The notes under the pieces were generated by a model. It was not told the DNA's origin. It saw nothing but the letters and a program-made list of their open reading frames with translations, and made no database searches. A stretch of 64,000 nt of DNA. It comes from Candidatus Omnitrophota bacterium. Its GTDB lineage: Bacteria; Omnitrophota; Gorgyraeia; Duberdicusellales; 4484-171. The DNA lies in the NCBI GenBank assembly GCA_043823745.1, contig JBDRAN010000044.1, forward strand, positions 853 through 64,852, in the 5' to 3' direction. Positions within the stretch are counted from its first letter, which is position 1, and the number at the start of each line of letters is the position of its first letter. Shown piece after piece: positions 36,710 through 45,356 of the stretch. Made by a program: the position numbers and the translations under genes.

Positions 36710-37492
36710 TCATCCTTTTATGCATAACAAATCTTTATAGACAAGAAATTTATTCACGGCGACAAAAAGAGCCCATAACCAACCGCGCCAGCCGTCAATA
36801 AATCCTTTCTTGATGAATAATAGATATATAAAGACACTGCACGGGTATGTGAGAAGCTGATGGGGTTTTATCCTTCGGCCTTCCTGTTTACGCTGAAGAT
36901 ATTCGAGGCGCCGGTATCTGCTCAACTTTTTCCTGATTGTCTCCCAATCCTCAAAACCATAATGCAATACATGTCCCTGCAGCTGCCCGATATTTCCTTC
37001 AACCATTAACTTTTCATGTATCCACGCTCCATTGTATCGGAATTTTTTCTTAAAAAGTCTGATCCTGTTATCAGGATATAAATCGGCGCCCCGCATCCAC
37101 CGGCCCAAAATATGGTTTCGTGTCGGCGTTTTAAAAGCCTCGCACGCACTATCGCCACGGGGCATGATTGCGTTAAGTTCAGACATTAGCTCTTCCGTCA
37201 CGATTTCATCGCTATCAATTTGCAATACCCACTCATTACTGCAGTGTGCTATTGCCCAATTGCGCTGCGTTGAAGGAGATTCGTGTTTATAATAATAAAC
37301 TGCATTGGTATATTCCCGGCAGATGGCAACGGTGTTATCCGAACTAAAACTATCGCACACAACGATTTCCCGAAAGCCCTTAACGCTTGCGAGGCATCGC
37401 CTGATGATCTTCTCATTGTTACAGGTAAGTATAAGTACCGATACGTTATGCATTGCGAATATGACAAAATACGTTCTGTGACTGTGCAGCAT
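36710..37492 (-). CDS. GT2 glycosyltransferase.
   Basis: VSVLILTCNNEKII...CDSFSSDNT GT2 motifs. The true start may be the internal MHNVSV. Confidence 0.7.
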   Translation of the reverse strand: MLHSHRTYFVIFAMHNVSVLILTCNNEKIIRRCLASVKGFREIVVCDSFSSDNTVAICREYTNAVYYYKHESPSTQRNWAIAHCSNEWVLQIDSDEIVTEELMSELNAIMPRGDSACEAFKTPTRNHILGRWMRGADLYPDNRIRLFKKKFRYNGAWIHEKLMVEGNIGQLQGHVLHYGFEDWETIRKKLSRYRRLEYLQRKQEGRRIKPHQLLTYPCSVFIYLLFIKKGFIDGWRGWLWALFVAVNKFLVYKDLLCIKG

Positions 37493-38654
37493 ATTTTTCT
37501 AGAGAGAAGAACTCATTCGCCCTTCGATGCGCATTGCGCCCCATGCGTTTCATTAAGCCCTCATCGCCGATAAAAGTTTCGATGGCCGCGGCAAGCGCGC
37601 TTGGTTGCCCCGGCGGAACCACTATCCCCGAATCAACGTTGATTAATTCGCTTGTCCCCGGAACGCTGGTGGCAACGATAGCCTTCTCCATAGCCATGGC
37701 ATAAATAAGCGTCAAGGGGCAGCCTTCCGGTTCTATCGAAGAATGAACGAATATGTCAATGGCCGCCAACACGCGCGGCAAATCTTCCCGAAAACCCAAC
37801 AAGATAATATCAGTTTCCAAATGTAATTTCTTTATTTCTTCGATAATTAACTCTTTGCATCGAGAGGTTTCAAATATGGTGCCGCCGACTAAAAAAAATT
37901 TAACCCCGGGATGCCTATCCTGTATTATACGAGCGGCCCTAATAAAATCGAGCTGGCCCTTCCAATAGGTAAAACGAGCGATGTGTGCGATAACGATCTG
38001 TTTTTCAATAATACTGAATTCGCTGCGTACGGACTGACGGTCTGCTGTTTCCGGGTTAAATATATCGAGGGGTATCCCGTTGTAAACAAGGGAAATTTTC
38101 TTCCATAAAAATTTATAAAATTGTTCCCGTATCGCTCCGGAACCAACGATAACATGCTCCACGAAGAAATACACCCACATATTGACGCACCAGCGTACCA
38201 CTCCGCATGCTCTGCGTTTATCAATAATTTCCTGCATATCCCATATACACGATGCGGCAACCCCCATGCATGCCAGGCTACCATAAAAATTTGCCATAAG
38301 GCCTTTGGTGCAGACAATCATAAATTTTTCTTTGCGCAGGAAACGGTGATATCGAATCGCGGCATATATAACGGCGAGAAAATTATAGGCAAGCGCAAAC
38401 GGGTTGAACACAATATATTTTTCTCCAAATTGGAAACTCGTAGAAAAAAACCTCGGCCGGGACACGATGCAGTACGGCAGCCGAGCCTGCCTGCATTTTT
38501 CGGTCAGTTTGCCTTCACGCGGGCATATAAACGTGATGGGGAATGTGCTCCGATCGACTCTTTCTGCCAATGCCAGGCTGTTATATTCGATGCCTGCCAT
38601 CTCAGATTCTTGCATCAGGAAAGCGATAGATATCTTTTCGATTATGGTGCTCAT
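37446..38654 (-). CDS. GT4 glycosyltransferase. The start is revised to Met28, which removes a 77-nt overlap.
   Basis: C-terminal GT4 motifs are present (EGCPLTLIYAMAMEKAIVATSVPGTSELI). The ATG at 38654 abuts the stop of the upstream acetyltransferase gene. Confidence 0.7.
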   Translation of the reverse strand: MSTIIEKISIAFLMQESEMAGIEYNSLALAERVDRSTFPITFICPREGKLTEKCRQARLPYCIVSRPRFFSTSFQFGEKYIVFNPFALAYNFLAVIYAAIRYHRFLRKEKFMIVCTKGLMANFYGSLACMGVAASCIWDMQEIIDKRRACGVVRWCVNMWVYFFVEHVIVGSGAIREQFYKFLWKKISLVYNGIPLDIFNPETADRQSVRSEFSIIEKQIVIAHIARFTYWKGQLDFIRAARIIQDRHPGVKFFLVGGTIFETSRCKELIIEEIKKLHLETDIILLGFREDLPRVLAAIDIFVHSSIEPEGCPLTLIYAMAMEKAIVATSVPGTSELINVDSGIVVPPGQPSALAAAIETFIGDEGLMKRMGRNAHRRANEFFSLEKYAAQSQNVFCHIRNA

Positions 38655-38658
38655 TGGC

Positions 38659-39228
38659 TTATTGTTCAAGGCGACGCAACGGCCGTGCAGGCACCCCACC
38701 GACAACGGTATTCTCCGGAACGTCTTTATTAACAAAACTCATAGCAGCCACCAAGGATCTTTTTCCGATGGTAACCCTGCTTTTTATGATTGACCCTGCA
38801 CCTATATATGCATCGTCTTCAATAAGAAGGGGCGCCCGTGCCGGCGGCAAAACGTTGTGTATGCTGCTTTTGCCGGCGTCAAAATGGGTAAGAAGGGTTG
38901 TCCTCATGCCGATAACGACGCGATTACCGATCTTTATTTTGTCCGTAATATCTAAAAACACATCTCTTCCTACATACGCATCATCACCGATTTCCAAGTT
39001 GGCGAAATTATTTTTTGCGTTATGTATTATAAGGGGTGTATGTATCGCAACATTGTTACCGATCGTGGCGCCATATTTTCTTAACGCGGGGACGATAAGG
39101 GACGGAGGGATAAAATAAAAAAGAGCGTTAACGCCATCAAGCTTATAAATTCTATAAGCGATACACAGGAGGCCTTTAAAAAAGAAGGTCATCAAATATT
39201 TCAAGTACGACTTTTTTTCCGTATACAT
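38659..39228 (-). CDS. Hexapeptide-repeat (LbH) sugar N-acetyltransferase (PglD/WbbJ-like).
   Basis: Repeated [LIV]G-x4 hexapeptides are present (IGDDAYVGRDVFL, IGNRVVIGMRTTL). Confidence 0.75.
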   Translation of the reverse strand: MYTEKKSYLKYLMTFFFKGLLCIAYRIYKLDGVNALFYFIPPSLIVPALRKYGATIGNNVAIHTPLIIHNAKNNFANLEIGDDAYVGRDVFLDITDKIKIGNRVVIGMRTTLLTHFDAGKSSIHNVLPPARAPLLIEDDAYIGAGSIIKSRVTIGKRSLVAAMSFVNKDVPENTVVGGVPARPLRRLEQ

Positions 39229-39240
39229 ATCCCCTCCTTT

Positions 39241-40449
39241 TTATTGTTCATATGTCGTATTGCTCCCGGTATCCGGTTGATTTTCTTTTTCTGGCGCATC
39301 CGGTGTTCCTTGAAAAATATGTACGTACCGCGCCGCCATTGCGGTTGCGGTAAAACGGGAAAGAGAACGAGTTGCATTCTGAACCATCGTGTTCCGTAGT
39401 GCCGTATCCTTAAGCAACGTTATTAGTGCCTCAGCCAAGGCTTGAGAGTCATCGTTTTCTACCAAGAGGCCGCTTACGCCATGCTCGATTATTTCCTCGG
39501 GTCCTCCGGAACGGGTTGCGACTACTGTCTTGCCGACGGCAAAGGCTTCAATGATGGTTAAATTAAATGTCTCGTGGCGCGAAGACACAACGACAAACTC
39601 ACATCCGTTCAATAATTGTACTACCTGTGCAGCATTCGCTCTACCAACGAAATGAATCCGGTCGTTAAGGCCCAGCCGATTCACGAGGTGATGCAGAATA
39701 ATTTCGTCTTCCCCTTCGCCGGCGATGATAAGATCAATATGAGGATTAGACCGCGCCACACGGGTAAAGGCCTCAATGAGTACATCTAAGCCTTTATTAT
39801 GGGTAAATCGTGCGTAGGCAAGAAGATATGGCCGCGCATGCACGTACGGCGCCTTATCGTGAAAGGCTTCGGGTTCGATGCCATTATACGTCACGTATGC
39901 TTTATGGGCGACCACGGGATATAATTGGAGAGCGTTCTTCAAAAGAAAATCAGAACAAGCCGTAATAGCGTCTGCGGCGTCAAGAATATTCCTGAGAGCT
40001 ACGATGTTCCTGCCCCTGCGGTGCGCCAAGTAGAATCGTGCAATCTCATCGCCATGCAAGGAGACGATTAGTTTGAATTTTATTTTTTTGTGCGCCTGGA
40101 GCACAAAAGGAATCTGCGCATCGGGAAAATGAATATTAACAACGTCGGGCTTAAAATTCTGTATAAGCATCGTCAATCGGGAAAGCGTCTGGGGATAAAA
40201 ATACCAAGACGCCGCAAAAAGGTCAATACGGCCGTTGAGCAGGTGTCGAAAATCCGGCGATAGAAAAAGCAACCGCGATACCGGCACCCCTTCGATGACT
40301 TCATGCTGCGGCAGAGAACGTGGGTAACGATTAGTCACTACTTCGACGACATGCCCCTGATGCATCAAGGCGCGCGCTAATGTATGCGCTGCATTTTGCA
40401 GGCCACCGAGCACAGGGAGGTATGACGCTGTAAGTATGAAAATACGCAT
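39241..40449 (-). CDS. GT4 glycosyltransferase.
   Basis: ETFNLTIIEAFAVGKTVVATRSGGPEEII is a typical GT4 C-terminal motif. Confidence 0.75.
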   Translation of the reverse strand: MRIFILTASYLPVLGGLQNAAHTLARALMHQGHVVEVVTNRYPRSLPQHEVIEGVPVSRLLFLSPDFRHLLNGRIDLFAASWYFYPQTLSRLTMLIQNFKPDVVNIHFPDAQIPFVLQAHKKIKFKLIVSLHGDEIARFYLAHRRGRNIVALRNILDAADAITACSDFLLKNALQLYPVVAHKAYVTYNGIEPEAFHDKAPYVHARPYLLAYARFTHNKGLDVLIEAFTRVARSNPHIDLIIAGEGEDEIILHHLVNRLGLNDRIHFVGRANAAQVVQLLNGCEFVVVSSRHETFNLTIIEAFAVGKTVVATRSGGPEEIIEHGVSGLLVENDDSQALAEALITLLKDTALRNTMVQNATRSLSRFTATAMAARYVHIFQGTPDAPEKENQPDTGSNTTYEQ

Positions 40450-40455
40450 ACGGTT

Positions 40456-42006
40456 TTATTGCACGCGCCAGACGACAATGCGCGGCTTTGCCTTATTATC
40501 GAATACAGTATACCATCCATGGTGAGTGGCCCGCGCAGATTCGGAATCAAGGAGCCATAGTAAAGAAGGACATTGCCCTGCGCCGTTACGCTCATCAAAG
40601 ACCACCCATTGTATCCCTCGTGTATGTATACTTTGCTCAAAGTTTTCTAACTCCTCCCTGGTAAAACTCTCAAAAAGCTCTCCCGGACGCTGGGCATAAA
40701 AGTAAACATGAGGTTGTGAAGCAAGCACCTTATCATGAGGGCCCGCGTTCGCGTTTAAGAATATGCCGGCCTTTTTAAATTCCATTGCTTGTTCACCTAT
40801 ATGCTCCTTGGTATTTTCGATTGTTGCAAAAATATTAATCAAAAATATCACCGTAAATCCGATAATAATGCCAATCTTTTTATCGTTAACTAACATACGC
40901 CACATGGCAAGGCCCGATGCTAAAACCAAAGGAAGAACGGGCAAAAAATAACGTGGTTCGTCTCTAAAGAATATCGCGCTCAAAAAAGATAAATAGAGCA
41001 TTATACACACGCCCCAAAAGGTTAAGAGACGGCGGTTTTGTTTGCAACGACGAACCGAAAAAATATAACCCGGTACCGCTACATATGCCGGCCAATATGC
41101 TGCGTGTGATATTACGGTCGGTACGTGAACAACAAATCGCTTAATCCATAGGCTGCATAAACGTAACCAGTCTTGTTGACTAATGTTTACATAGGAGGGG
41201 GTGTAAAGGGCACCGTCATACACACCGTTATGAAGCGAAAGCACCACAAGGCGCCAACTATTTATAAACACGGGTGATATCACATTTACGATAATCTGCG
41301 GTAAGCTGCCGATGATAAAGCCAACGCTGCCGATCATAAACTTACGGATAGCCTGAGGTCTATCACCCTTAAGATCGCGTATAACTGAAAAAATAAGTAA
41401 GATAAATATTATATATATATACCTGACCGTAAAACCCAACCCTAAACAAAGACCGGCGAGAAATACTCGTGAATCACGTTGATTGTCCAACAATGCCCAT
41501 AGTGCCATCATCAGAAATGCTGCTGCTAACATGTCGGATTGTGAGAGGGTGCTGTAAAATACAACCGTGGGATTAACAAGCAATAACAATGCTGCCAGCA
41601 ATCCTGTGGAAGGTGCGTACAGTTTCTTTATCACCTTAAGGGAAGCTAGAAGATAAAAAAATCCAGCTACCATAGAAACAAGTTTGCCTGCGGCAAAAGT
41701 ATCGTGCACTATCATATCAAAAAACCGTATCGCAAATACGATTCCTACTCCTGCGCCGAAGATGGGCGGTGAAAAATGCTCGGTAAAAAGCGCTCTGCTT
41801 TTTATCATAAACACGACACCATCGGTTTCGTATCCGGTGATGGGTACGCTGCGAATAGAAAAAAGTATTGTCATGGCGACAATATAGAAAAAGAACAGAA
41901 GGAATACGGCAACTTTCCAAAGAGTGGGATAATGAAAGTAATTTTCCGCGCTGCGCATTGAAGGCGCGCCGGCGGACGAACTGCTGTTATTCCCTAATTG
42001 CATCAC
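40456..42006 (-). CDS. GT-C fold polytopic membrane glycosyltransferase (GT39/GT83 ArnT/PMT-like), paralog A.
   Basis: 516 aa with about 11 N-terminal TM helices. An acidic motif (GYETDG) sits in the first extracytoplasmic loop. A C-terminal soluble domain ends in KPRIVVWRVQ. Confidence 0.6.
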   Translation of the reverse strand: MMQLGNNSSSSAGAPSMRSAENYFHYPTLWKVAVFLLFFFYIVAMTILFSIRSVPITGYETDGVVFMIKSRALFTEHFSPPIFGAGVGIVFAIRFFDMIVHDTFAAGKLVSMVAGFFYLLASLKVIKKLYAPSTGLLAALLLLVNPTVVFYSTLSQSDMLAAAFLMMALWALLDNQRDSRVFLAGLCLGLGFTVRYIYIIFILLIFSVIRDLKGDRPQAIRKFMIGSVGFIIGSLPQIIVNVISPVFINSWRLVVLSLHNGVYDGALYTPSYVNISQQDWLRLCSLWIKRFVVHVPTVISHAAYWPAYVAVPGYIFSVRRCKQNRRLLTFWGVCIMLYLSFLSAIFFRDEPRYFLPVLPLVLASGLAMWRMLVNDKKIGIIIGFTVIFLINIFATIENTKEHIGEQAMEFKKAGIFLNANAGPHDKVLASQPHVYFYAQRPGELFESFTREELENFEQSIHTRGIQWVVFDERNGAGQCPSLLWLLDSESARATHHGWYTVFDNKAKPRIVVWRVQ

Positions 42007-42193
42007 GTATCTCCTTGAAAAATTTATTGCTCATCGGTATTCACCCGCGCGGCGAGGCTCAAAGCTTCGATGAGCGCATCTAAACCTTATGTCTTTCTGT
42101 ATCCGGTGCCCAGCGCCTATATGCACTATATTGTACAAGCCTCCCAATACGGGCAGATAAGAAGCGGTAATGATAAATATGCGCATAGAGTTT

Positions 42194-43747
42194 CTATTGT
42201 ACACGCCAAATTACAATACGAGGTTTTTCCTTATTATCGAAGACGAGATGCCATCCGGTGGCCTGTGCACGCTTTGATTGAGGATTCAGGAGCCAGCGGG
42301 CCGGACGGAATCTTCTTACCGCGTAACGCTCATCAAAAACCACCCATCGTATCCCTAAGTTCTGCACGGTGACAGCGAGAGATCTTAACTGACCGCGGTC
42401 AAGACGCTCAAAAAGCTCCCCTGGGCGGTGCGCATACAATAAAACATGCGGTTGCGAGACAAGGATGCGGTCACCGGGAGAAGCGTGTCTACGCAAAAAC
42501 GTGCCGGCGATTTTAAACTCTGTTGCCTGCGTTTTTAAATAATCCCCGGTATTTTCGATGGTCGCAAAGGTACTAATAGAAAATACCACGAGGAACCCGA
42601 CAATAATGCCGATCTTTTTTTCGCTGACTATGATGCGCCACATTGCCAGGCCAGAAGCTATCACGAGAGGCAAGACAGGCAGGAAATAACGCAGTTCAAG
42701 CTTGTAGGTCGCTGCCAGAGACAAGAGATACATCGTAAGCGCCCCGCCCCAAAGGATCAAGACACGCTTATGGTTCGAAGACCGCAGAAAAAGAAAATAA
42801 CCCGGAACCGCTAGGTATGCGAGCCAATAGGCCGCCGCAAGCAGGCGTTGCGGTATCCAAACAACCACCTGATGAATCCATGAGCTGTATAAGCGGAGCC
42901 AATCATTCAAGGGAATCTGCCCAAGAGATTTAAGCCGATCGGCGGCGTAGGGAACATAAATAGGGTAAGTGACCTGACGCCAGTTATCCGTGTAGAAAGG
43001 AAAGCCAAAAAAAATCATGTTTGTAATAAGCTGGGGAAAGGCTCCTGTCAGAAGACCAAAAGTTCCCATGCATACTGCTTTAATAAAAAAGCCCCGGTGA
43101 CACCTCTGATACACTACAGGAATGATGATGAGCGGCCAAAAGACTATAAAAATGGTCTTCACCGCGAACGCAAACCCCAAACACAGGCCAGCAAAAAAGA
43201 TTTTCAGGAAACTTGTGCGCGTGACGAGAATCCAAATTGCCGTCATAAGAAAAGCGGCTGCCAACATATCAAAGAGCGTCATAGAGCTATAAATGAATAC
43301 GGTGGGATTAACAAAAAGCAGCCAGCCGGTCATAAGCCCTAAGGAAGGCCGATACAGGCGAGCGATTACCTTCCAGGAAGCTAGAAGATAAAAAAATCCG
43401 GCCATCATAGAAACAAGCTTCGCTGCAGCAAAGGTGTTGTGGAGAACTGTATCGAAGAGCCGTATTGTAAGCATCCCACCGATTCCTCCCCCTAAACGAA
43501 ACGCGGCATATGCAGGAAAATGATCGGTAAAGAGAGCCCGACTAAACACCATGTAATAAACACCATCGGTTTCGTGGCCGACCAACGGTACGCTGCGAAA
43601 GCCGGTCATAAACGCCATCGCAGCACTATAGAAAAAAAGCAAAGAAAATAAACCAAGCCCCTGGACAATGCGCCGGTTAAAGCAATTTTCCGGGAACCTC
43701 CGCAAACGCGTGCTCATTAACGAACTAATTGCATACTTCAAACGCAT
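42194..43747 (-). CDS. GT-C fold membrane glycosyltransferase, paralog B. About 55% identical to the 40456..42006 product.
   Basis: Same architecture, with GHETDG in loop 1 and a KPRIVIWRVQ C-terminus. It is a tandem duplicate. Confidence 0.6.
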   Translation of the reverse strand: MRLKYAISSLMSTRLRRFPENCFNRRIVQGLGLFSLLFFYSAAMAFMTGFRSVPLVGHETDGVYYMVFSRALFTDHFPAYAAFRLGGGIGGMLTIRLFDTVLHNTFAAAKLVSMMAGFFYLLASWKVIARLYRPSLGLMTGWLLFVNPTVFIYSSMTLFDMLAAAFLMTAIWILVTRTSFLKIFFAGLCLGFAFAVKTIFIVFWPLIIIPVVYQRCHRGFFIKAVCMGTFGLLTGAFPQLITNMIFFGFPFYTDNWRQVTYPIYVPYAADRLKSLGQIPLNDWLRLYSSWIHQVVVWIPQRLLAAAYWLAYLAVPGYFLFLRSSNHKRVLILWGGALTMYLLSLAATYKLELRYFLPVLPLVIASGLAMWRIIVSEKKIGIIVGFLVVFSISTFATIENTGDYLKTQATEFKIAGTFLRRHASPGDRILVSQPHVLLYAHRPGELFERLDRGQLRSLAVTVQNLGIRWVVFDERYAVRRFRPARWLLNPQSKRAQATGWHLVFDNKEKPRIVIWRVQ

Positions 43748-43804
43748 CGGGTATCTCCGTCGACAGGTACGCGATAATAGAAGAATATAAAACCGGTCCT
43801 CATG

Positions 43805-45250
43805 CTATTTCCTGCCCTCTTCCAGATATTCGGCGTCAATATTAATATTCCACAACACGTACGGAGCCCCCGGCAATTGCAGATAATTTCTCGCGGCAAG
43901 GATCCCGCTCATAAGCGAATGATCCTGATTATTATATTTATGCATGCCGGCGCGGCCGATAGAATAAAAATTATCGAATTGGTTAATCCTTGCTTTTAAG
44001 ACCTCGTAGGGCGCTTCGAAACCAATATAATAAAGGGGATATGCGTACGCTTCTCGGACAACCCAAAATTTATCTATCTCCTCGGCTTTAAGTAACCCCA
44101 TGCGCGATAATTCACTACTCGCTAGTTTTCTTAAAGAATCATCAGATTCGTTCCATAAACCCTGCCCGCGAGAAACAAAATATTCCGCACAGAGGGCTGT
44201 CATACCGGCAAACGGGACCATTGCCTTCGAAAAATTGTTGTAATTAGCTACCCGTGCCGTCTGCACTTCCGGAGAATGAACGTATATCCACTGGTCAGGG
44301 AATACATTTTCTCTTCGCACCAACAAATTCACCGAGATATGATCACGGTATCGTAGCATAGCTGCGGCCTTTCGTATATATTCTGGTTCCGGCGGATCGA
44401 AGATGGTAAAAAAACGAGCCATGGGAATACTACTGAAAAAATGTTGAGCCGTGATCGTTACCACGCGGGAATCCGGTTCCATAATATCTACGGAAACGAC
44501 CCTGGTATCTGAGCGATTGAGTTTGATAACCGTATGGTCAAGCATCAGCGTCGCCCCGCGCGACAGCACTTCGTCGCGCATAGCCTCGTACATCTGGCCT
44601 GAACCTAATACGGGGAAGTCGAATTCTTCGACCAACGTCTTAATTGTTGTATGCCGCCGGCCGCGCAACGCACGAACGATAACCGCAAGGCCGTCTAATC
44701 CTCTAATTCTCTGCGCAGCCCACTCTGCGCTGATCTGGCTGCAGGGGATTCCCCAGACTTTCTCCGTGTATGTTTTGAAAAATATTTCATAAAGTTTTCG
44801 CCCAAACCTTTGGCATATCCAATCCTCAAAGCTGGCAGAATCGCCATGCCTGTGGATTTGTGAAGAAAAAAAAGAGAGGGCCGCGCTCAACGATTCCTGA
44901 ACCCCCAACTTACGGAATACATCGGCGGCTTCTACCGGATAGTTAAAATATCGATTCTTATAGAATATGCGCGTCAGGCGCGATACGGGCCTGAAGTCTT
45001 TTCCCAGCATTTCATGCCATATCGTGTTAATCTCATTATTTTTCGTAAAAAAACGGTGGGGGCCGACGTCAAATCGTACCCCGTCATAAATTTCGGTCCT
45101 GGCAACTCCGCCCACGTATACATTCTTATCGATAATAAGGATATCCGTAACACCATGCCTGACTAGTTCCAAAGCCGCGCCCAACCCGGCAGGGCCGGCG
45201 CCGATAATGCAGCATTCATAATTCTTTTTATTTTCTTTCATGTGCTGCAT
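43805..45250 (-). CDS. NAD(P)/FAD-dependent oxidoreductase (amine-oxidase / UDP-galactopyranose-mutase-like fold).
   Basis: The N-terminus CCIIGAGPAGLGAALEL is a dinucleotide-binding motif. Length 481 aa. Confidence 0.6.
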   Translation of the reverse strand: MQHMKENKKNYECCIIGAGPAGLGAALELVRHGVTDILIIDKNVYVGGVARTEIYDGVRFDVGPHRFFTKNNEINTIWHEMLGKDFRPVSRLTRIFYKNRYFNYPVEAADVFRKLGVQESLSAALSFFSSQIHRHGDSASFEDWICQRFGRKLYEIFFKTYTEKVWGIPCSQISAEWAAQRIRGLDGLAVIVRALRGRRHTTIKTLVEEFDFPVLGSGQMYEAMRDEVLSRGATLMLDHTVIKLNRSDTRVVSVDIMEPDSRVVTITAQHFFSSIPMARFFTIFDPPEPEYIRKAAAMLRYRDHISVNLLVRRENVFPDQWIYVHSPEVQTARVANYNNFSKAMVPFAGMTALCAEYFVSRGQGLWNESDDSLRKLASSELSRMGLLKAEEIDKFWVVREAYAYPLYYIGFEAPYEVLKARINQFDNFYSIGRAGMHKYNNQDHSLMSGILAARNYLQLPGAPYVLWNINIDAEYLEEGRK

Positions 45251-45356
45251 CGCCGCGGCGGCGGATATTTTTGTGCGGATCTTTTCTTAATAATCTATAA
45301 CGGCTGCTGGATGGAAGCTGCATTGTGGTACCGCGGAAACAATATAAACTGTTTTA

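Noticed and set aside
41411-41425. TA dinucleotide run (tatatatatata)
   Set aside because: It is a short simple repeat inside the GT-C coding sequence, where it encodes an Ile/Tyr-rich stretch. It has no independent feature status.
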